Below are positions 43,001 through 55,000 of a stretch of 64,000 nt of DNA, one piece after another. The translations under genes were made by a program, and so were the position numbers. The stretch is from Pecten maximus (Eukaryota): contig NC_047026.1 of assembly GCF_902652985.1 (NCBI RefSeq), forward strand, positions 8,184,001 to 8,248,000. Direction: 5' to 3'. Below the pieces are notes generated by a model. It ran no database searches. It saw only the letters and a list, made by a program, of their open reading frames with translations, and had not been told where the DNA came from. Numbering within the stretch: the stretch's first letter is position 1; every line of letters starts with the position of its first letter.

Positions 43001-46000
43001 TCAAATTGAAACAAATGCTTCTGTTAAGAGGAAGCACAGTAGCGCGGATGTTCGGGGATGAATGCCATGACATAAAAATACCATCGGCGTCGTTACACAA
43101 GTACAAAATATAAAACTGCAAAAATAAATAAATACAAAGTATAAAACTGCAAAAATAAACAAGTACAAAATAAAACACTGCAAAAATAAACAAGTACAAA
43201 ACATTTAATTGTGAAAATAAACAAGTACAAAATATAAGACTGCGAAAGTAAACATAGTACAAATGTAGCACAGCATCCAAGCACAAAGATAAGATACACT
43301 ACAACATCGACATCGAAGATAACAAAATGAAATAGACCTCAACGTCACCAGGGACTGTTACACCACAACACAGATAATGCGCAAGAATACACTGTTCTTG
43401 CTGAATTGTTGAGCACATGAAGGTTGAAAATGACAGCGTGATGTTCATCGACAGCTCCGTTGGTTGTTTATATATATTCACGATGTTAATGTGAACCCTT
43501 CACTGCCAGGGGATACGTATACAATTATATAACGATATGTGAGTGTATTCCTGACACGTTCATGGTCTGTTTATCAATACTCTGAGTGGAATACTAAGTG
43601 GATACTCTCCTGCGATAACACACGACATAACGATATTTTCAAAGATGGTTGAGAAACTTCAGAAAGAGTAAAAGAGTGTCATCATTCTTCAAGTTGCTTT
43701 TTTCTGGCTTGCTTATTCTCGGATAATTTACATCAGTCATGCGTAGTGTATTTTTTAGCGAATTTGTTTCAGGACCAAAGCCATGTACGATTGACCTAGT
43801 CGTGTGAATTTGTTTCAGTTCCCAAGCCACGGATGAATGACCTTGTCGTATGGATTTGTTTCAGGACCAAAGCCACAGACGACTGACCTTGCCTTGTGAT
43901 TTTGTTTAACATTATATATGTATTTGTTTACACCAATTTTATGAAATTTAATTTTAGACGCAGTATCAGACTCACAGCCGTGACTCGTATTTGTATGAGG
44001 TAACATTGATGTCTATTTAGTTGCGTCCCAGAAAGGCACATTACACCACTTAACCGGACGTATATCACGTCACTTCCTGTCGTCCACGATACACTATATT
44101 ACTTTACAAATCATGATGTGACTGTTGATTTCATTTTTAATTCCTCGAAGAGGAAAACGGAAACACAAATTAATTACAGCAATAAGTTCAGTATTTAATT
44201 AATGTTTTTAATAATTTTGATTTGTAAGAGAAATTTGTGGTACATGGAGGACAGGAAGTGATCAGTGAATATTTAAACAATTAACGTTGATTACACAACC
44301 TTGGTTATGGTTTAACGCAATCAGTTTACTAATCAGTTCATTTAGTTTCAGACAAACTCCCTTCAACACTTGTACCTATTTATAAAATTTTATTTACCAT
44401 TACCCTGTTTAATCATCCAATCATTCCCCTATTTTTGAGAAAAAAACACTATTTATTTTTAAAGGAAACTCACAAAACCATCTTGTAAATGTACACCTAT
44501 CAAACATCATTTACGCATATGATATGTTAAACATAGTATTATGAATGAAGATGTTGAAATGACGGTAATAATACGGTAATAATATCCCATGTGTAGGTTA
44601 AGGAACATTAAAAATGTAAGAAAATCAATTATATATTCGCCATTTTAGGATTGCATGTTGGTTAAGGGTGTCGGAAAGCATATGTTCTGTGTTCGTGTTA
44701 GTCCCAGCTCTGGTTACTCACATCAGTTGGACAGTTAATGTAAAGCATGCGTCAAAACAAAATACTCATCTGATAATTAACTGCGTTTGCCGGTCATAAC
44801 ATCAACTAACATATCATGTTACTCACATATTCTCTGGTAAGTAGTTTCAAGATAGCAAGTGGAAAGTGTTTGTGACTAAACCTGTGGTCTTCATGCAAAT
44901 GTTTTTAAACATTCTCGTTTGCTGTTGACCTCCCACTTGTTCCGTCGGTTATAAGCGCAAAACTTTTTCCCGAAAATCAGTTTTGAAGGCATTAGCCATT
45001 TGAATATTTTATTAAGTTCTTGTTTTTACAATAGAACACTATCTCAAAGTATTATCAACATTGAGTATAGAATTTGCTATATAAATCGTTACTCGATCAT
45101 GATCATCGACCTTGAGTATAGAATTTTGTATGTAAACAATTACTCGATCATAATCATCAATCTTGAGTATATAATTTGGTATGTGACTCGATTTTTGTTT
45201 TAGTTTGTTTCACAGATACCATTAAGTCGCCTTCGTAGTGTAATACTTTCAATATTAGTGATTCAATCCTGTATATAGTTGTCATGAATTGTAGTTACTT
45301 CAGAAGCTTGAGTTGCAGATATTCTGCAGTTCTGTCAGACAGTTGACAGTGTATATACAAAGTAAAATGTTTAGTTTCTCATAATATGTCTAATTACTGT
45401 ACATTTCGTAGGTACAGACTTTCGTGGTTAGCCCATGAAACAATTATATAATGCATTCAACAATATTCGTCGTATTTATATTCTTGGTTACATAGCAAAT
45501 TGTGTTTCAGGTTATCGTTTAATCTATAAAGGTTGTTATTTAAGAATTACTTAAAATCGTTAAAAGATCCTTGAAAACAATGCAGAAAAACATATCATTT
45601 TTTCGTGATAAATACTGATGGCAAACACATTGACTAAAACTGTGCAAATTTGAACTATTGAACAACTTTTTCGGTACTGAATCATATTGTAATCATTCTG
45701 TAATTATATTGTTATTTTGCTGAAGTTATAACGTAATCACCATAATCGTTTATGTCTACATTTTATATATTCTCACATAGTGAGACATTTATACAAGTTT
45801 TTGTCACGAGTGCCTATCACGTCATCAGAGTTTATTTGATTTCTCCAAAAGCTCAAATGATGTTTTTTCCTCGGTTGTAGATGACAAAGTTTGACCGGAC
45901 GGATTCGGAAGACGATATTTTAGAGGATTATACAGATGACTGCAATTGTTCACCACGTCTTCATTGTATCAAAAGCAGAACAGCACTCGAAAAATGTCTT

Positions 46001-49000
46001 TTCATCTTTTCTCTCATCGCACTCATCGTAATCATCATTCTGGCCGCCTGCCTTGGATCCAAAACACCACCTGAAGGTATGCTTACTCGACAGTATGTTC
46101 CTATGATGGAGTGTAAAGAAAAATGTATACATAAAAGTATATTATATAGAGAAAATTATAGTCCGTTTCACAATTTCTGCTATCTGAAAAGTACACATAC
46201 TACTGTTGTTCAAGTGATGGAGTTGTATATTTTTTGCTATTTCCAAGGATCCCGAAAAATGTATACATGGAAGTATATTATGTAGAGAAAATTATAGTCC
46301 GTTTCACAATTTCTGCCATCTGAAAAGTACACATACTACTGTTGTTCAATTGTTGTTGACACTTACATACAAGAAATAGACTGTATACACATTAAGATAA
46401 CAATATGATATATATCATATTTGTCTCTAAATCTAATCTCGGTTCCTTGCCATATCATAACTGTGTACCGCCGAAGTTTGATGAAGACAATAATATTGTT
46501 ATCTCGCCACAGACCCGTAGTATACATATAGATATACTCATTAATGACTTGTACTGACAGATAACAAAGACAACTCCAATAAAGCATTACGATATATACA
46601 GAAGTGACGAGTACCTTTACATCATACTGGATACAGGGAGTACACGGTGGATGTTTTATAGTGTTTGCCTACGTTTGGTATCTGTTAGAGTTGCTTGGAT
46701 TTACCCCCAAATCCATTATCTAATTCGACCAGGGTAGAGATCATATTGTTATCTGACTATATGTCAATATAAACTAGGTATGTTTGGCTGTTTCCCAATA
46801 ACATTGTTGAAAATCGTAACAAGTCGGTCAACAGTTGTTTCATACCTTATTAACTTAACAATATAATTCAACCGGGAAGGAAACGGTTCATCGAGTTGGT
46901 CCAATCACCGAGGGAAACAGTTTTGACTATTGACTGATAAGCATGTAACAGCTGTTACTTAAATAGGCCAAAATACTCCGCTACTGGGTTATTTTTAGCT
47001 CGACAGAACGAAGTCCAGGGGAGATATTGCTGTATCCCCGGCGCCGGCGTCATCCGTTGACAGTTAGGTTATTTTTTGTTTCAAAAATAGTATTGTGTCA
47101 ATGTGAATAAGGACTTAGTCTATTCGACATGTGTATCTCATGTTTATCTCATTTGACATTAGCTTTCTATTGGTGTAACATTTGTGAACTCGCTGACCTT
47201 GAACTTACTTTTAAAGCGCTAATTTCGAATTTAGACCCACTGGACGAGTTATGTTGTCTTCTGACAACTCTTGTTGGTTATGCAGGTAACAAAACAGTTG
47301 TTTTTAATATTAGTCAACAGTTTAAACATTTTCCATGAGGTGTTGGGACCAACTCGCTGAGCTACAGAATAATATGGCATAGACATGGAACAACTGTGTG
47401 TATGTTCACTGAAACTTCTGGCAACCATTTTATTAGCTGTACAAGAGAACGCCCCTCCACGTCGCGGACTGGCGTTTTGAAAAATAAAAAAAACATATTT
47501 GTTGTTACGAAGGGCAAATGGTCAGCTGGTTAACCTTTTCAACAAATGTGGGCATTCCTTGTGTCTGGGGCACCTTGGTTTCCACGATTATTTGGTGTGT
47601 CATCATCCTTGAGTTTCTTTTCAAATGTGGAAGTAGCAATTCTCGTTTTTTTATTGAGAGGCTGGCGTTTGTACCTGGTAGTTCAGACGCGGTAATGATA
47701 CATCGTTATGAGTTTCTCCTACCTTAGAACCTGGTACAAGTTATCCCACAGACAACCTGCTCCACAATTACCAACGTTTTCCCTGAAAGTATCGACATGC
47801 TCTTACACAACAAATCAGCTTCCAGTCGAATGTTTACGCTTTATGTGCACGTGTTAAAAGGGAAACTACACTTAAATGCATTTTGCTGTAATGAAGCAAA
47901 AACAGCTGATGGAATCGTCTGCGAAAAACATTTGCATATAATGATAGATAAAGAGAGAAATCGAACCAAGGATCAATATTGTTTGTGTATTGACTTCACT
48001 CTCTGATTCAGCCCAGCAGACGTAACATCTTCTCCGTATAAACGCCTGATTTACCTGCACTTTCTCCTCAAGTGGGAGTTGACTAATTGGCTTGTACCTT
48101 TTCCTTTCCAAATTGATCCCGCGACCTCAAACTTAGAACCTTTCTTTCAAAATACCACGTACATTATATTAATTTCCGTTCGCCGATTATCTTGTGCTGA
48201 ATGCAGTCTTTCTGAAATAAAATAAATTGCGTTTTCTTGTTTGACGCTGATCAGTCACAATTTATATTCTATGTTCACAAATGTTCACAGATGGGTTGAT
48301 AGAAGATAACAAAGGTCTTAGTGAATTATCAACCTTAGGTTAAGTCTGATGTAACCCGAATGGTAAATACCAATTTGTAGGTCACTGGTGATAATATCGA
48401 TGTTTGTTTGTTTGTTGGGTTTATCGCCCCGTGAACAGCCAAGGCCATTATGAGGCGCTGTCTCCTTATAGTAGTTAGTGATTACCTCACTGAACAATTG
48501 GGTAAAGTGTCTTGCTTATGGACAAAATCACGATAGCACAGACCGACTGAGCTTCTTACGGCCCCCAATTATATTGATAACGTTACTGTATTATTGTAGA
48601 CTGAGAAACAATCTTGAAACATTTTGTTTCATCTATGTCGAGGTAGGTTTTATTTCTGTCGAGGTAGGATTTATCTATGTCGAAGAAGTTTTTATCTATG
48701 TCGAGGTGTATTTTTATCTATGTCAAGGTGTATTTTATCTTTGTCGAGGTAGGTTTCATATATGTCGAGTTAGGTTTCATCTACATTTTCTTTGTATGTC
48801 GAGGTAGGTTTCATCTATGTCGAGGTATCTTTTATCTATGTCGAGGTAGGTTTCATCTATGTCGAGACATATTTAATCTATGTCGAGGTAGGTTTTATCT
48901 ATATCGAGGTACGTTTTATCTATATCGAGGTAGTTTTTTCTATGTCGAGGTAAGTTTTATCTATAAATGAACAAAAAACAGATTGACTCAAAACCTATTC

Positions 49001-52000
49001 AACAGGATAAGGAGAGTAAAACCATGTATGGAAGGGTAACAGTCCTTTACTTAACCGCTGACATCCGTGATGAAAACCTCGGTAAAATTAAGGTTATGTC
49101 GCATGCGTTAACCTTTCTGCATCCTCCTAATCAGTTTATATTTCTGTTGATAATTTCAGGGAAGGCGATTTGTGAGACACAGGATTGTATTGAAGTATCA
49201 AGTTCCGTCCTGACATCCATGGACAGAAGTGCCGATCCTTGCCAGGATTTCTACCAGTACTCGTGTGGAGGCTGGGAGAAAAACAACCCGGCACCACCAG
49301 GTTACCTCATTTGGGACAGATTCCAGCAGCTATCCTATACAAACCTCTACAAAATCAAAGCAATACTTGGTCAGTATAACATTTGTCATTGGTCAGATTT
49401 AGAGTTACTTCCCTTTGTGTTGTCTTCTATCGCGCTATTGTAGACTCACTACCAACCCCTTTGTTTTATGTTTTTTTACGGTTTCTAACAATAGTTGATC
49501 TCTCTCCTAGTTAGAAACTTACCATCAGACAGATCTTTAGGTGATCAAAAGTATAAATCTCATTTTAATTTGTAACATTAATATTTTACAGACAGGATAT
49601 GGTCTAGTTTTGTTACTATATTCATTACAAAAAGGTGTTTGATAATAAATTTATTTAGAAAAGACAATGCATTTATCAACAACGTAATACATATTTTTAC
49701 ACCAGGTAAATAGTTTCTTCAATTGATACAGACCGTATTAAACGGCGGGAATATATGCTTAACAAACGCAAACAATGAAGTTTATTTTCCTCTCTGACAG
49801 TTATAAACATAACACTAGCTTCAAGTTGCGGCGATCTGCATTTTATATTCTGTAGTGTTACACTTCTGTAGAAAATAATTTCCAATTTTTCAGATGATAG
49901 AACTATGGTAACATCGTCGGAGAAGAAAACCAAACAGTTTTACGACAGCTGTATGGCAGAAAGTAAACTAAACCGACTTCGCACACTCAGTGATTTCCGG
50001 TCCCTTATAAACAATATTACTGACGCAGCAAATGGAACCTTAGCGGTCCTTCTGGAATCCGTCCACAGTCTCAACGCATGGCCCTTATTTTCTGTCCGGG
50101 TCGGTAGTGACGATCTCAATCCAGACAAAAACGTTGTCAAGGTAAGGATTAACACTCGTACTTGTTAATGCTGATACAGATACAGAAATCAATGCTCAAT
50201 CATATCATTGCTACAATTGGCCACGATCAGTCGTGACAATTTAATGACCCTTTTTTCTGTTTTACCTGTAGATTGACAATGGCGACCACAAGTATCCTCT
50301 GCGAGTAAAGGAGGCTCAAGTTCCGTCCACGTCACCCGCTCCTACTGTGAACAGTACTGTCTCCCCGGGCAGTAAGAAGGCTGGATACTCTATAGTTAAC
50401 CATCCTCAAAACAAAGTTCAGTACCTCAAGTGGAATTCAACCGAGGTAATACATGATGTTTTGAATATTTGCTGACGTAATACGCAACATGATGTCACAT
50501 ATATGTGTTTTAGTCTCATGTTTAATTGTTTTGTCCTTGTATTGTTTTCTGTTTGTGTATTTGACACCTTGTTGTGAACTGCCGCTAGTTTTCCTCTTTC
50601 TTCCCTTTCAAGTATTTGGTTTTATTTTGGTGTCACCTTTAGACGTATTTCTTTTTGAACTAGACTCTCCTCGGTACAACTTGATATCTTTTAAATATAT
50701 TCAAGCTCCATCTAGATATCTTTCCTTCACATGTTGTTGATGAATTTCTTTCTTGTTTACTATTTTATTTAATTATCTTTATTATTTCTACACAAGGCTG
50801 AGAGCACAGGTGATGTATCACTTCTTATTTCTATGCTATTTTAATCTCATTTTAGCATTTTTATGTATAACACAAATCATATGAAAATAATATATGGAGT
50901 TGAAGCTAACGGCCATATTTCGTTGTCTCTATAGGTAGAGAAGAACTACATCACGGAGACTACCAGGATTTTAAAAGTCATCTGGAACATGTCGGATTCA
51001 GACGCATCCAATATGGCAAAAGAATTATTGGAAATCGAAAAAGCTTTTACTAAGGTATTTATCAAAACTGTAAAAATAATTTAATCACGTTTATTTTGTA
51101 TTGTTGCATACATCATCATAGACGATAACGTTAAATTAGTGGCCGTTCCAATACGGATTTTAAAGGTGTGCACATTTAACAAATATTAAGTACTGAAATG
51201 TAAGGGCATGCAAGGCCAAACTCCACAATCTACCCAACAGTTCTTCGTTTCTTAAACAGCAAGAAGAAAATATAATGTAAGTTTAACATCTCGGAGATCT
51301 AGCTCTATGTAATAGTCACCAGACTATTTCAATTGTTAAATTTACTGACTTGTACCTTTATCATTGCAGACTTACGAAGAGAGCTCAGATGGTGACACCG
51401 ATCCAAAACCAGTATCAATGAAAATTGTTGACCTAGAAATCGCCTGTAGTACGGTAAGATTGAAATGTTTTACATAGAAATAGCCTGTAGTACGGAAAGA
51501 TTGAAATATTTTACCTAGAAATTGCAAGTACTGCAAGGTTGAAATTGTGGACCTAGAAATAGCGTGTAGTATGGTAAGGATGAAATTGTTGACTTAGAAA
51601 TATCCTGTTGTACGACAAAGTTGAAATAACATACCATTTCCTTATGAGAAAAAAATGTTCCCATTACGCATTTTAAAAGATTAAAGATTTTATGTTTGTT
51701 TTTTGACAAATCAGTATAGATTTTAATTGAAATTACCTTTATAAGATTTTCCTATCGACTTTATCTTTAATATTCCCAGTTTATTGTCGGTATCTTCGGA
51801 TTGGTTGCTAGCCTATGGATTTTAATGTCTAGTTGATCCAGGTTCTTCAATAATATATGTTCACCTCTATTTATTTGAATGCCTCGTTGATCCTAGCTGT
51901 TTGATGCATAATTGCCTTCAGTTCATTTCAATGACTTATGGTTGATTGGTGACCTATACAAATTTGGTTGATGTAGATCCTTTCCTGTTTCAGATTGAGT

Positions 52001-55000
52001 GGCCCCTCTATCTTACTGTGTTAGCACATGATTCCGCGACGATCTCAAACACGGAGGCTGTGGTGCTACTTCAGAAAGACAACCTCCTCAAAACATGTGC
52101 TCTAGTTGATACTTATAAAAAGGATGCCAAAAAATTTAAGTGAGTATCCATTTAAGTGGTCCGTAGATATGAAAAAAATTTAAAGATATTTTTCGGGTTT
52201 AAAATATCACTTATATAAAGTGTAAACGAACATCTATTAACCCTATACTATTTTTCCTTCTATGGTTTTTTAATCGGGTTATATTCCTCCCGGACGTAAA
52301 CAAGAAGAACGAAACAGCTACACAATGCAGTTTAATTTGTCTGTTTACAGTTACCTTTTCTATTTCTTAATTCAAGTTCAAAAGAGTAATTTATATGTAT
52401 GTCGTTCATGAAAACCTTATTTTGAATAACAAACCAGCTGTGTGCTTGTTTATTTTTATTTTTCATTTTTAAGTTATATTGTATATCACTTTCAGTTTGT
52501 ATTAGAATTTTATTATCGTTTGTCTTTTGTACAGTCCTTTGAGATTGCAGGTGATATACACTGCTGGTTGATTATTTAGTCCCCGAGGTTTGCCATTATC
52601 TCTGTGTCACACTCTTACTCATAGACTTAGACTGATACAGTTCAGAATATACGCATGTATTTGACAATCATTTGTTATCCAATATTGAAAATTTATTGGA
52701 ATTATTGGCTATTGCACTTCACCAATCCAGGCTTTAAGATTTCTTTCGACCCATTTTAATCGGCTCCAATAACATCAATACGTAATTTCCTTAGCATCAG
52801 TGACGAGCCCGTATTACGAAACAGCTGTATGGTGCAGTATAATTCATTTCTGACTCTTCCGTATCTAACTCCAAACTTGTATAGACATGTGTTTTTATCA
52901 AGTGTGTATCTTGTACAATCTTTTGTCCACTTATATCCAGATTACTAGAGCGATACATCATGGTTCACCTCGTTAGCCACTTGATGCCTTACTTTGAAGC
53001 CGACACTTTTGAGCCAGACCTGGACTACTCTGTTGGTAAGAAAACATGATGATCGTCACCAGATGGTTTACGTTTATTAGTCATTGGCATGGTAAACCAT
53101 TTAAATAAAAAGTTATAATCTATCGAATTGTTGTAATGTAGTAAGGAGTTAATATGATCGTTTCGGGTGTGTTAATCGGATGTAGTGTGATTTGATATAC
53201 GTCTTGTAATGACGTTCAATACATGTATCTGATTTATGAATAAGTGTGAATATTTCTTGAAGAATGTTGATTTTATTTCTGATAAAGAACTGGAGATAGA
53301 CGGTGAACACTGGAGACGATGTGTCCACTACACCAATAAAGCATTAGGCTTTGTCACTGGGGGCCTCTATGTGAATGGCATGCGGAAACATGCCACCGTC
53401 AAGAAGGTACGTCAACTCAATATCATCGTCACTTCTCCTCTACTTGTGTACGTCCCAAAACTCTCCATTACGGAGTGTATATTGAGTCCTTGCAGGGATT
53501 TACAATAGATATTGTACTCTAATTTAGATATGTAATCTAAATGATATTGTGATACTGTGCAACTAACGTTGTTTAAGTAATTATTGGAATTGACTAAAAG
53601 AATAATTTCAGTAGATCAATTTAATTTTTGTTTAAACAAAATCATTTTAAAACTGTACTGGACTATCTGGAAGAAATAACCACATTCTTTTCGATTTTAT
53701 CGATTTTACCAAAATAAGGAAAACTAATGATTCGTTGACAATCGACAGAACAAACTTTGTTACAGTTAAATTTTCACATGTTTATGCTTTCAGATCAAGC
53801 AGATTGTACAAGACGTGAAATTGGCATTCAAAGATTATCTTCTCCGTAAAATCTGGCTGGATCCTTCAACAAAGAAAGAGGCATCCCAGAAGGTAATCAA
53901 ATAATATGGTTTAACAACTATACATTACAAGGAGTATAATTTGTAACTTATATTACATGATTATATAACGGGATGTCACAGACTAGGAAGACTGCAGTAT
54001 CATTGATGACAAGTTTAAGTGGTTATCATCTGTTGCTTGTTGTAGATAACAAAGCTGTAACAAAGGGCCTTTCAGCAGACTATTATCACAAACTAGTTTT
54101 TCTGTCCATGATGTTGCGTAACTATTCTGACATATTTAAAAATTATTATTGATTGCTGATATCATAACACGAGACCTATTGCGTTGTTAATCTTATTTTT
54201 GTCATCCTGGGCAAACATTAAACACAATGTAATATAAGCTGCTGCTTTCATGTATATTTCATGGCTTACCATTGTTTTACAGCTGGACGAAATTCTAGAG
54301 AAAATCAGTTATCCGGACTACATTCTTAAATCTGATTTCCTGGACAAGTTTTATGATCAGGTAACTTGAATTTATTTTGCGGAGATACATCATGATAGAT
54401 CTACCGTATCATATACTACTTTATCTTAATTGGGCTTTTCTCTCAAGTCACACGTTCATGTCATACTATCGTAAGACACGTGCGTGTGTAATAACAACAT
54501 GTGACGTCACAAAGTCTTTATGGCGTCATAATGAATGTGTGACGTTTAAATGTATGAATGAATAAACTTGAAAGCTACTTGTATTCTCATAAAATCTTAC
54601 TTAATCGTTACATGATGTTATATGTCACTTGCTTAAAGGCGTTGCCCCTGTTAAAATAATGTTTTTCTTAAGAGGTAAATCTTAATACATGCAATATAAG
54701 TATATTGTACGGTATCAGATTCTTCCGATAAATAATGCTTTCTATGTCATTGTCGTTTAGCTGGATATCGGCGAAGATTGGTTTGTGAATGTACAAAAAT
54801 GGCAGGAATTCCAAGTAAAACAAATGATGTCACAACTGAGTCAAATACCGGATCGCTCCAGGTGAGTTCTCCTCTAGATGTTTCAAAGTCCTGTGTCTAT
54901 TCCAAAGTGTGGAAGGTAAAATAAAATAAATTCAAATTAGGCTTCTTCAAAAGGGTATTTTGTTTCCACAAGCGTATAAATGTTTTCTTTCCATGTCTGT

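Noticed and set aside
47500-48150. Slightly GC-richer stretch with short ORFs, possible transposon coding relic
   Set aside because: No recognisable motif in the frames I could read.
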